This document shows, piece by piece, positions 27,068 through 40,600 of a stretch of DNA of 64,000 nucleotides (positions are counted from its first letter, which is position 1; every line of letters begins with the position of its first letter). Below the pieces are notes generated by a model. The model had not been told where the DNA came from. It made no database searches and worked only from the letters and a program-made list of their open reading frames with translations. Where the stretch lies: NCBI RefSeq assembly GCF_001194135.2, contig NC_069004.1, positions 19,263,393 to 19,327,392 of the forward strand. The letters are read 5' to 3'. The DNA is from Octopus bimaculoides (lineage: Eukaryota). Both the position numbers and the translations under genes were made by a program.

Positions 27068-28262
27068 CAAGAAGGGCTACGTTCTTCCCTGTAGCTAAAT
27101 TACTCCAGGAATTCTTTCTGAGTATATTCATAAATATCTGTACTTATATACACCTCAACATCATTCCAACTTTTTTTATGTCAGTAAATTCTATGTCAGC
27201 ATAGGTTATGTGAATTTATTATTGAGGTTTTGTTTTACAGCAGGACAATCTTTCTGCTGCTAATCTTTAACAATTTTTAAAGTAAGGGATGCCTTATTTC
27301 ACACATCTTTGAAGGTATGAAGCTGACAGATGATTTGTTGACAAGAGAAATAACAACATCACTTTTAGCTCACTTATAGTGAAAATTGTTGAGCTAAAGG
27401 AGGTGGTACTGTTGTCATCTTCCCTGAATACACACAAACACAGACAATGACATATATATCTACGCAATATGCACATACATATATTTATATATATATATAT
27501 ATATTGTTACACTTAGAAATGATATGCGGTACCAGTATTTTTTACTCGAGTCAAATATAATGCACCACTCCAAATTGTTGGAGTGTCCACATAGGCAGGG
27601 TTTGGACTGGCTAGTTTCCACTAGCATTGAGTTGAAAAAGTTGTAATAATGGAGTCAAACCAAACACATCTTGCATAGTGGATGCATTTCCTATTACTTA
27701 CTAAGCAGGCCTAAAGCATAAGTGTTAAATGATTTTCGAATATCACTATTTGTTTTGACACCATTATTATAACTTTTTTATATCATCATCCTTTAACATT
27801 TGTTTCCCATGCTGGCATGAGTTGGAAAGTTTGACCAGAGCTGGCAAGCAGGAGAACTGCACCCAGGTCTAGTCTGATTCAGTTTGGTTTCTATGGGTGG
27901 ATACCTTTCTCAATGCCAACCACTTTACAGTGTGCGCTGGGTGCTTTTAAGGTCGCACCAGCATGAGCGCTTTTACATGGCACCAGCTTGAGTGCTTTAT
28001 ACATGGCACCAGCACAGGGCTCTTGCAGGCCAATCCTATTCAGCAGAGGAAGTGGCATTAACATTTCTGCTTTGGAGGACAGGTTTTTTTGAGTGATACA
28101 TCATCATCATCGTTTAACGTCCGCTTTCCATGCTAGCATGGGTTGGACGATTTGACTGAGGACTGGTGAACCAGATGGCTGCACCAGGCTCCAATCTGAT
28201 CTAGCAGAGTTTCTACAGCCGGATGCCCTTCCTAACGCCAACCACTCCAAGAGTAGTGGGTG

Positions 28263-28298
<36 letters not shown>

Positions 28299-29726
28299 CA
28301 TACAGAGAGAGAGAGAGAGAGAGTATGTAGATACATATATTGTTAAGTATATGCATATGTGCATGTATAGAACTGCAGAGGGTCGCAGTTCTAGGGAGTC
28401 AGAACTGGGTAATGTTTTGTGCAACTTGGTTGATGAAAGATGAGAAGTAGTGCAGTTAATGAAAGGGAAGTTGGAATCGAACACCATTTGTTAACTGATA
28501 CAGGAACCACTGTAGCAACGGTTAGAAGTATCAGATGATAATAATAATAATAATATGATGCATGTAAAAATAAAATTAACATCATCAAATATTAAGCATC
28601 AAATATTTACTAAATAACATAAATCTATTTTTAACGTGAAGGAGAGCACTTCAACATTTCAAGTAAACCTCTTCATCTGAATTAGAGATGAAATGTCTAC
28701 TCACAGAAAAATGTGCCAGCTTCGCAGAGTGAATCTTATTAAGTTTTCAAATTTACGTGATTCATTTACAAGGTTACATAAAATTCAACAGTTGCAGATA
28801 AGGCGCAGGAGTGGCTGTGTGCTAAGTAGCTTGCTTGCCAACCACATGGTTCCGGGTTCATTCCAACTGCGTGGCACCTTGGGCAAGTGTCTTTTACTAT
28901 AGCTCTAAACCACTGAGCCATGCACCTTCATATATACAAATATATATATATAGATGTTTTCGATATAGTTTGGATTCTTTGCCATCAAATTTGATGGCAG
29001 AGAATCCAAACTGGATCGAAAACATCTATATATATATATATATACATATATATATAAGAGAAAGAGAGGAAGAAAAAAGCATGATAAACACACATGATGC
29101 AGTTTACTATACTTTTTCTAAATTTTCCTCTGTATATCATAAGTAATAACACCACTAAGTTCAGTAGTAACCATGCCACATCTCTGGCAGTTGGCTGGGT
29201 GATAGTCTATGTGGAGCCCTAAATACACATGCAGCTATTGTACATCTAACCTTGTGGGTGTGGGGGTGTATGTGTAGCATAACAAAAAGCCCTGAAATTT
29301 CAATATTTTAGTAACAAAGACACTGGATATTCAAGCTTGCTGTGTAAAGATTTAGCTGCTTTTTTTTTTATTAGTCTTTTACTAAACTATTGAACTTGCT
29401 TGTCTGCAGAACTGGTGGATGTATGATAAAAAGGTCCCAAATTGCTGCATTTTGTTGAACTGGCTATTTATTGGGGGCATACTTACTTCCTGAACTACCT
29501 TCAGTTGAAACAGAGGGACTAAAGGGTTCATTCGGGGAATGTCTATGTGAATCTAAAATCAGGAACATTGAAGAGAAAGAAAACAAAACAAAAACAAAAT
29601 AAAGACTTTACTTCCAAAGATGCAGCACAATCAAAAATGGTGCAAATATAGACAGATGTAAAAGTATTTTAAATTTCAACATGAAATAAAACTTACATTC
29701 TTAGCATATACAAGCAATAATAATAA

Positions 29727-29757
<31 letters not shown>

Positions 29758-29971
29758 TCCTTTCTATTGGAGACACAAGGCCTCGAATTTAGTGGAAGGG
29801 GACTAGTCGATTAAACTGACTCCAGTCTTTCACTGGTACTTAATCTAACGACCCCCAAAAGGATGAAAGGTAAAGTCAACCCCGGCAGAATTTGAACACA
29901 GGACATAGGGACAGGCGAAATATCGCTAAGCATTTTGACCAGCATGCTAACAATTCTGCCAGCTCGCTGCC

Positions 29972-30007
<36 letters not shown>

Positions 30008-32731
30008 TTAATAATTTTAAATTTTGGCACAAAGCCAGCAAATTTAGGGGGAAGCGTAAGTCAATTATATCAACCCAAGTGCTTAACTGGTACTTATATT
30101 ATTGACACCAAAAGGATGAAATGCAGAGTCAACCTCGCTGGGATTTGAATCTAGAACATGGATGAAATGCCGCTAAGCATTTTTTGCCCAGCATGCAAAT
30201 GATTCTGCTAGCTCATTGCCTTAATAATAATAATCCTTTCTACTAAAGACACAAGGTCTGAAATTTGGGGTGAGAGGACTAGTCGATTACATCAACCGCA
30301 GTGTGTAACTGGTACTTATTTCATCGACTGCAAAAGGATGAAAGACAAATTTGACCTCAGCAGAATTTGAACTAACATAGCAATGGACGAAATATCGCTA
30401 AGCATTTTGCCCAGAGTGCTAACAATTCTGCCAGCTCACCATAATAATAATAATCCTTTCTATTATAGACACAAGGCCTGAAATTTTGCAGGAAGAAGCT
30501 AGTTTATTTCAACCTCAAATGGATGAAAGTTAAAGTCAACCTCAGTGGAATTTGAACTCAGAATGTAAAGAGCCAGGAGAAATACTACAAAGCATTTGGT
30601 CTGGTGTGCGCATGATTCTGCCAGTTCCCTGTTCTTAATTCAGGTACAAGGTCTGCAATTTTGGAAAGGAAGGATTCTGTCAGCTCACCGCCTCAGTAGT
30701 AATCATCATCGTTTAACGTCCGCTTTCCATGCTAGCATGGGTTGGACGATTTGACTGAGGACTGGTGAAACCGGATGGCAACACCAGGCTCCAGTCTAAT
30801 TTGGCAGAGTTTCTACAGCTGGATGCCCTTCCTAACGCCAACCACTCAGAGAGTGNNNNNNNNNNNNNNNNNNNNNNNNNNNNNNNNNNNNNNNNNNNNN
30901 NNNNNNNNNNNNNNNNNNNNNNNNNNNNNNNNNNNNNNNNNNNNNNNNNNNNNNNNNNNNNNNNNNNNNNNNNNNNNNNNNNNNNNNNNNNNNNNNNNNN
31001 NNNNNNNNNNNNNNNNNNNNNNNNNNNNNNNNNNNNNNNNNNNNNNNNNNNNNNNNNNNNNNNNNNNNNNNNNNNNNNNNNNNNNNNNNNNNNNNNNNNN
31101 NNNNNNNNNNNNNNNNNNNNNNNNNNNNNNNNNNNNNNNNNNNNNNNNNNNNNNNNNNNNNNNNNNNNNNNNNNNNNNNNNNNNNNNNNNNNNNNNNNNN
31201 NNNNNNNNNNNNNNNNNNNNNNNNNNNNNNNNNNNNNNNNNNNNNNNNNNNNNNNNNNNNNNNNNNNNNNNNNNNNNNNNNNNNNNNNNNNNNNNNNNNN
31301 NNNNNNNNNNNNNNNNNNNNNNNNNNNNNNNNNNNNNNNNNNNNNNNNNNNNNNNNNNNNNNNNNNNNNNNNNNNNNNNNNNNNNNNNNNNNNNNNNNNN
31401 NNNNNNNNNNNNNNNNNNNNNNNNNNNNNNNNNNNNNNNNNNNNNNNNNNNNNNNNNNNNNNNNNNNNNNNNNNNNNNNNNNNNNNNNNNNNNNNNNNNN
31501 NNNNNNNNNNNNNNNNNNNNNNNNNNNNNNNNNNNNNNNNNNNNNNNNNNNNNNNNNNNNNNNNNNNNNNNNNNNNNNNNNNNNNNNNNNNNNNNNNNNN
31601 NNNNNNNNNNNNNNNNNNNNNNNNNNNNNNNNNNGAGATAGAAGTTGTTTCCTGTTTGTTTACAGTCTTTATTGCACCTGAACATCTGCCACAAACAAAA
31701 ACTAACTTGCTAGTTAACCTGCCTTTAACAATCCTTTCTACTAAAAGCCCAAGTCCTGATAGTTTGAGGAAGGTGGCTAGTCGATTACATCAACCTCAGT
31801 GTTTCCCTGGTACTTATTTTATCAACCCTGAAAGGATGAAAGGCAAAGTCAACCTCGGTGAAATTTGAACTCAGAACATAGACACAGAAGAAATCCCTCT
31901 AAAAATTTATAATATGTTTCCTCTTGGTGTAAATGATGGGCTATAGCAAACAATTTGCTCAATACCACAGATTTACTTGTCAGTTATTTCACCTTAAACA
32001 GCTGAGCATGTTTCTTAGTGGCTAACAATACGTGCATCTCTGATCACAAGCAGGAGTAGTGAGTTGGGGGCATTATAGCCATGTGTTGATAGGGATTGGG
32101 GCTTGAATAATTCACCTCTGGAAACATGGGTGTATTATTCATCAACCTTAAACAACTCTTATTCAGGGACCTTTTGAATGGGATAGGCTACTCAACCTGA
32201 AGAAAATTCTAACTGGGCCCCACCTGCAAAGTCGTGCACTGTTTATCTCAATATGTGATCACTATGTTGCATGCATTTATGGTTGTGATGCATGTACTTG
32301 ATGTACCCTTAATCAGACAGGTAGTCATGATGGGTATATTAGGCTTCTTATGTTCATATCTCAGTGTCACTTTGATGGAATGCACTGCTCTCTCACTCAA
32401 TAACCCTTTCTACAAATTGGTGGAATTTGAACTTAGAATATAAGGGGAGATGAAATGCTGTTCAGCATTTTGCCTTCTGTGCTACCAATTCTGCCAGCTT
32501 GCTGCCTTAATAATAATCCTTTCTACTATAGGCACAAGAGCTGAAATTTAGTGGGAGGGAACTAATCGATTACATCGACCCCCAGTATTTCACTGGTACT
32601 TAATTTATCAACCCCCAAAAGGATGAAAGACAAAGCTGACCTTGACGCAATTTGAACTCAGCACATAAGGGCAGATGAAATGCCACTAAGCATTTTGCCT
32701 TCTGTGCTAATGATTCTGCCAGCTCGCTGCT

Positions 32732-32769
<38 letters not shown>

Positions 32770-35196
32770 CAACAGCAAAAATAATAATGGAAATAATACT
32801 AAAAACATCATGGTGACAACAATTAAAAAAACAAGACTCATTGAAAGCAAATACAAACAGCTACAACAGCCACAACAATCTTATAAGCAGTGTGATTAAC
32901 AATATCAGTTAATTAAAATATTTCTCCAAATAAAACTGACAGTCACACATTGTCATTATACTATTTTATAAATAGAATACTGTAAATACTAGTATAGAAT
33001 TCCATACTAACAGTATAGTAAATTTTGGTGATAACTAAAAGATAGTGGTTTCCTAAGTAAGCTAGGAGAAACACCAGATTTCTATAAAAAAAATTCTGGA
33101 GTTCTGCAAGACAAAGTGCCTTTTATTAAAATTTAATCACCATTTTCAAAATAAGTAATAATGGTTTTAAATTCTGGCACAAGGCCAGCAATTTTGGGGG
33201 TGGGGTTAAGTCAATTACATCAACCACAGTGTTCATCTGATACTTATTTTATCAAGCTCAAAAGGATGAATGGCAAAGTCGACATTGGTGAAATTTTCTC
33301 AAAATAATAATAATAATCCTTTCTGCTATAGGCACAAGACCTGAAATTTGGGAGGAGAGGGACTAATTGATTACATTGACCCCAGTGTTTCACTGGTACT
33401 TTTTTTATTGACCTCAAAAGGATGAAAGACAAAGTCGACCCCAGCAGAATTTGAACTCAGAACATATAGATAGACAAAATTCTGTGAAACATTTTGCCCA
33501 GCATGCTAATGATTCTGCCAGCACTATAGGCACAACGCCTGAAATCTGGGGGAGGGGAACTAGTGGATTACTTGAGAACCAGTATTTCACTGGTACTTAA
33601 TTTATCAACCCTGAAAGGATGAAAGCCAAAGCCAACCTCAGTGGAATTTGAACTCAGAATGTAAAGACATGAAATACTCCTAAACATTCTGTCTGGTACA
33701 CTAACAATTCTGCCAGTTACCCACTTTAATAATAATAATGACATATATACATAAGTTCTATATCTGAAACAGTTTTGTTACATTTACTGTCTTATCAAAA
33801 TTTGGGGTGGGAGGCAGTCCATAAAATTTATGGTGTGGCTTCTGCAATTTCTGGAAAATCATGTAAAATTTTCCTCAATGAAATAACTCAGTTAACCATT
33901 GTTCTATTACTCTCTATCCATCTTCACCCACTGTTCTTGAGAGGGTAGAGTCTTCAGGCACTTCCTCCACAGGATCCTATCAGGAGTAACCATCATTACA
34001 CTCTCTGGCTGGAATCCCAAAGATGACCAACTGTGACTATGGACGTTAACCAGCCATTTCAATCTTGGTCTACCCTTAGGTCTCCTGCTGGTTAGCTAAG
34101 TTTGAAGAATCCGTTTTGGCAATTCTTTCCTGTGACATTCTAATCACATATCTGTAGTGCTAGAGATGTGACTGTTCAATACAGAGAAGCCACTATTTTA
34201 CACACATTTTTCAATAAAACATATAAATATATAATTTTCTAGTTTTCCTTTCTTTGTGTGGAGTTTATTTTGTAAACTGAAACTGACCTGTCGAAACGTA
34301 TCTTGATGTTCAACTTGATGTCGTGTCCCATAATACTGTTCAACAAAACTGAAATATTCCTTCCGCTTACGTTCTAAAGTGGGCTGTCTCCGATCATAGC
34401 TTGCAGGAAGATAACCCTGAAGAAGAAAAAAAGAAAATATTGCATATAGGATCAAGAAGGGCAGTTTGTATGTGCCTATACAGGACATAATGTCACCATT
34501 ACTGAGGTGGTATCAGGGCAAAAAACACACATATCCATCCACACACACACACGCGAGCTTCTTTACAGTTTTCATCTACCACATTTCACTTACAAGTTAT
34601 TGGACAACCTGAAACAGTGTTTCCCAACCTATTTTCCCTGAGGGCCCACTATAACTTTCCAGAAAAATGTATGCCCCCACAAAAAAAAAAAAATACATTA
34701 TTGACTAAGAAAAAATAAGTGAATCACTTTTATGAGAACCTTGTGCCTGGTGATTATGGCAGATTTCCTTGATTCAATTTTGTTCACTTCAGCCATAAAT
34801 CACCACATTTTGTAATTTCAAGTCTGCTTCTCTTGGCTTGAAGCAAATCGTCAACAGTATCAAAGTCACACTGAACTAAATAAGAGTTGGGGAAATTAAT
34901 CAAAAGTTCCTTTGCTGAAATGGCAGTGTTCAGGTAATTCTTTTTAACTTCATCACATAGCCACATTTTGGAACTGTTCACAGATTCTTTTGTATCAGAT
35001 AATGGATCCCAGGCCCCACCAGTGGGGTGTATGCCTCACGCTGGGAATTAATGATATAATAGAATACACTACTTGTTGATGGTGCCATGCAGTAGAAACA
35101 AAGCTGAAACTATGTGGTTGGTTGTGAAGTGAACCTCTTAACTATGCAGTACCTAGAAAAATTCATAATTAATTTTATAATTTCTCTCTTTATATA

Positions 35197-35231
<35 letters not shown>

Positions 35232-35428
35232 TCATCATCGTTTAACGTCCGCTTTCCGTGCTAGCATGGGTTGAATGATTTGACTGAGGACCGGTGAACT
35301 AGATGGCTACACCAGGCTCCAATCTGATTTGGGAGAGTTTCTACAGCTGGATGCCCTTCCTAATGCCAACCACTCCGAGAGTGGAGTGGGTGCTTTTACG
35401 TGCCACAGGCACAAAGGCCAGTCATATA

Positions 35429-35481
<53 letters not shown>

Positions 35482-37604
35482 AGCATATAGAATATAAAAG
35501 CAAGTCGGGAGGTATGAGATGAATATATTTATTTCAGCAGTTGATATCCATAGGATGACAACTGTTTCACAGCCAACATCATGCAAAAATAATTTATTTT
35601 AGTAGATAAATTATTTTGCATGAATGCATTAGTATGCAAAACAGCCATCATCCTCTAGGTATCAACTGGTGAAACAAATATGTCTATCTCATACCTCCTG
35701 ACTTTTTTTGTAATCTGACTAGATTTACTGGATTTCAACTGTATAGGGTTTACTACGTGGTATGTAGCCAAGTCCACTAAAGGAGCTTTTTTGTGAGGAC
35801 CACTGAATTATATAAATCCATATGTTATACATTAAATTTATATATAAGATAAGTACCTTTACAAATTTATAATTTTCTATAGATTTAACTTCAGTTTTAG
35901 GGCTTATATTTACAGTATTTACATCTACATTATGTTTCAATTGATTTCATGTCTGATCAAACATCAAATGTCTTATTTGTGGATGTGTTACATATTTTCA
36001 GCTAAGTTTTGAATTAGGAGCATTCATTTCTAAAGTGAAACTTCGCCCAAACTACTCTATACTGAAGTTAATAACTTCCTTGTCCACTAGAAGTATAAAG
36101 AAGACAGTTAGAAATTGGACAATTTCTGATGAAATTGAGAGAAACAGTGTAGACATAAATATTGTAAATATGCACTCTAATTTGGAAAATTATCTTATTA
36201 ACAACAACTCTTCTTAAATATTAATCTTTTACTTGTTTCAGTCATTTGACTGCGGCCATGCTGGAGCACCACCTTTACTTGAGCAAATCAACCCCAGGAC
36301 TTATTCTTTGTAAGCCTAGTACTTATTCTATCGGTCTCTTTTGCCGAACTGCTAAGTTACGGGGACATAAACACACCAGCATCGGTTGTCAAGCGATGTT
36401 GGGGGACAAACAGACACACAAACACACACACACATATATATACATATATATATACAACGGGCTTCTTTCAGTTTCCATCTACCAAATCCACTCACAAGGC
36501 TTTGGTCGGCCCGAGGCTATAGTAGAAGATACTTGCCCAAGGTGCCNNNNNNNNNNTTTTTATTTCAACTTTAGTTGAGGATGGTTTCAACATTGAGAAT
36601 TCAATTGTTTAATCAACTTAATTCTGCTCCTGAACTAACATAAGAGACTGGGTATTCTACAGACACATGTACCCTTAACACTTATGCATTTAATCCATCT
36701 ATATCTAGCCCAAATATTTTATCTGTTTTATGTTAAAACTGACCAGATCCACCTCTAAGACAGTTGGGAAGCAAGCCACACATCATCATCACCATCATTT
36801 AGCATCTGCTTTTCATGCTGGCATGGGTAAGACAGTTTGACTGAAACTGGTAAGCTGAAGAGAGCTGCACCAGGCTCCTGTCTGTTTCGGCTTGATTTCT
36901 ATGGCTGGATGCCCTTCCTAATGCCAGCCACTCCACAGAGTGTATCAAGTGTTTCTTTTTATGTGTCACCAGCATGGGTACCTTTCATGTGTCACTGGCA
37001 CTGACCCTGACTATAATTTCACTTCGCTTGATGTCTCTTCTCAAGCAGAGCAACTCACCAAAAGTCTCAGTCACCTGTCATCACCTCGTATTAATAATGC
37101 TTTATAAAGAAAAAGAATGAAAAGTTTCACTTACAGATAAAATTTTCCATGCTGTGGGTCTCACTGATTTTGGGATGCCAGACCAACTGAGTTTACGTAA
37201 TTCTTCTGAATAACAAAAGAAAAATATATATGTACAGTCAAAATCATAGTGATTTATATCATAGGCACAAAGTCGAGATATATACACACACACAGAAAGT
37301 ATACCACTCATCTTAGTCATTTCATATCCATTTTCCATACAGGTACTGGGTTGGATGGGTTGCCAAGCTTGGAAATGGCACTTATTCAGGAGGTGGTGGT
37401 CACCAGATGGGCAGGAGGACCACATCTTAGTCGTATTTCATTTCTGGCTTGGATTCTATGTTTGGCTTCCTGTCACAAACCGCTTTACAAAACACTGATT
37501 ACATTAATAGTTGTGTATTTTAGAAGAGCACTTTTCAATAAGGTGGAAATTTGGTAGATAGAAACTTTTTAAAATGCTCATGTGTGGGTGTGTGTGTGTG
37601 TGGG

Positions 37605-37639
<35 letters not shown>

Positions 37640-40600
37640 CTATATAAATAAGGATAAGATCTTTATTCTAAATAGCAATCACATCAAGTGGCAGCATGGA
37701 AAGAAAAAATTGTATAGGTTATAATAATTATTAAAATTATAAATAATTAATATATATACAGGGCTTGGACAAAATAATGGAAACACCTTAAAATTTCAAA
37801 CAAATTTATTTTAATATGGGGTAGGACTGCCTTTGGCAGTAATTACAGCTTGAATTCTATGAGATATGGACTCATACAAAGTTTGAATTGTTTCCAAAGG
37901 AATTTTTGTCCACTCTTCAGCTAAAACAGTCTCCAGTTCTTGTAGTTATGATGGTGGAGGATATAGACTCCTTACTTGTTTTTCTAAAATGTACCATAAA
38001 TGTTCAATAATCTTGAGATCTGGGGAATGTGGTGGCCAGATAAGATGTTCAACTTCACTAGAATGTTCCTCGTGCCATTCAGTAATAACTTTAGCTGTGT
38101 GAATTGATGCATTATCATCCTGAAAGATTGTGTTTCCTTCTAGAAACAGTTTCCCAACCATAGGATGTATTTGATCAGATACAATGCTTAAATAGTCCTG
38201 ACTATTAATTCTGCCATGAAGGGAAACCATTGGGCCAGCGGATTTCCAAGATATAGCCTCCCAGATCATCACAGATCCTCCTCCATGTTTAACAGTTGGA
38301 AGAAGGCAGTCTGGGTCAAATGCTTCTTTTGGCTGTCTCCACATGTATACTCGGCCGGTGGTCAGAAATATGGTAAACCTTCTTCCACTGCTCTAGGGAC
38401 CAATTTTATTAAATCTTCACAACTGTCCAACAAATGGAAATGTGAAACTGAGTAACAATTTGTGAAGATTTTTTTCTGCTTTAATAAAAAGCATATTACT
38501 CTACCTTTGGTATCTGAGTACTATTTTTCCCACCTTGTTTTGCATTTATGTGCTTACGCGTGTGCGCGCGTGTGTGCGCGCGCGCGCGTGTGCGTGTGCG
38601 TGTGTGTCACCATTTCAACAACCACTTTTCCATACTTACAAGGAGCAAATGGGATTTGTTGAAGCAGATTTTTCTATAGTGAGATGCCTTCCCTGTTGCC
38701 AACCCTTATCTGTTGATATAATATTTCCCCCATGGCTGGACATATTTCCATGGAATACTGGGAGCGGAGGATACTGCTTCTAAGATAGTGAAGCTTTTTT
38801 AAAACTATCAAGCAACATCAAAACAAGTACACACACATCTATGTATGTACACACACAGTTTCTGTCTACCAAATCTGTTCACAAGGCTTTGGTCAACCTA
38901 TGTCTATAACAGAAGGCACTTGCCCAAGGTAATCAAAGATACTGTATCTGAAAAGATACTGGATAATATAATCATAGACATACACAATGACTCAAAGGAC
39001 TCACTGGTTAATGTAATCATAGTATACACACTGTCTGAAAAAGACACTTGTTAATGTAATCATAGATATACACTGTATCTCAAAAGAAAGACCAGAGGCG
39101 AGCTGGCAAAAACGTTAGCATGCCGGGCAAAATGCTTAGCGGTATTTCGTCTGCCGTTACGTTCTGAGTTCAAATTCCGCTGAGGTCGACTTAGCCTTTC
39201 ATCCTTTTGGGGTCGATTAAATTAGTACCAGTTACACACTGGGGTCGTGTAACCGACTTAATCCATTTGTCTGTTCTTGTTTGTCCCCTCTATGTTTAGC
39301 CCCTTGTGGGTAATAAAGAAATAAGAAAGACCAGATTGTGATGAGTAGAACATTTTTTATCATAGACAGATCTGCCCTATCAGGGATAACCTGGGGTTAA
39401 CATCAAACTACAGAAAAACAAAACAAAATAATAAAAATAGCAATAATAATATTAAACTGAATATTAATTTCAGAATCATTCTCACCTAAATCTGCATTTG
39501 ATGATGTTAGTAAAGTGTGAAATTTTTCTAGTTTAGCAGATTCCCGATCTGGTACTGATGGCTGACCAAATCGCAAAGGCGTAATTCTAGGAGGCTGCCA
39601 GTGACTGTTGAGACGCACACCTACACCCGGTCCAGCACCTAAAGAAATAGCTGACGGAATTGCAGTCATGTGACATCCTGTGGGAAAGAAAAGAAGAAGA
39701 AAAATCAAATGAAAGAAAGAAACAAAATTATTTAAGCAACATAGAGAAATCCAAACAAAAACCAAAGATAAAGACACGAGTTCATTCCCAGCCTGAGCTG
39801 ATCAAGTTAACAAACGAAAACATTTTCTATCAGCAGTTGTTGTGGTAGCAGCAGCAGCAGCAATGTAAAATGGGCAAAAGTATTTTGATAAGTTTCGGTG
39901 CTGAGTTCAGTTCCAACTGAGTGTGTTGTTTTTAGCCTGTGGTAACTGTTGAATGCAAAGCTGATTGCAGTACGTGTTGACTGCAAAGCTGACAGTGGTA
40001 CCCATTGACTGCAATGTCGACTGTGGTACTTGTTAACCGCAAAACTGACTGCAGTACCTGTTACTGGTGGTATCTGTTGAGTGTGGTACCTGTCGACTGC
40101 AATGTTGACTATGGTACCTGTTGACAGCAAAATTGACTGTCCAGCTTCTTTACCAGGCCAATTTGTTTCAGATGATCTAATACAGTCGGAATCAAAACAT
40201 CAAACCTTGCAGCTAACTCACGTGTAGTTTGAGATGTATCCGCTTTCACTCCAGTTTCAATTTCATCATTATCCACCTTGGTCTCAGGTCTACCACGGGG
40301 CTGATTTTCAAGAGTAAAGTCACCAGACCGGAACTTCTCAAACAATCGACGTACAATGCACTCATTCGCCACATCTTCACCAAACACCTCATTGATGTTT
40401 CAAGCTGTTTAAGATGCATTGGTTCCACGATGGAACTCATATTCATAAACAATTTGAATTTTTTATCCATCCATGGGTTCACAAAATTTGATTTACAAGA
40501 GAAAACTCACAATATAATCAGACACCATGAATTGCATTTCGAAAAAACTTGGTGCATAAGAAAATTGGACATTTCATTCTTAATATACATACGCGCAAGC

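Noticed and set aside
29755-30700. Regularly spaced repeats resembling an array system such as CRISPR
   Set aside because: Eukaryotic SINE copies of about 215 bp with (taa)n tails; no unique spacers and no cas genes.
30765-31868. Long ORFs of 205-367 aa (also 5787-6444)
   Set aside because: They run through N-gaps.
16005-34288. Search for a third arginine-finger exon variant
   Set aside because: No further DIPR/VQE-gt match was seen in called bases; the gaps at 25170-25375 and 30856-31635 cannot be excluded.
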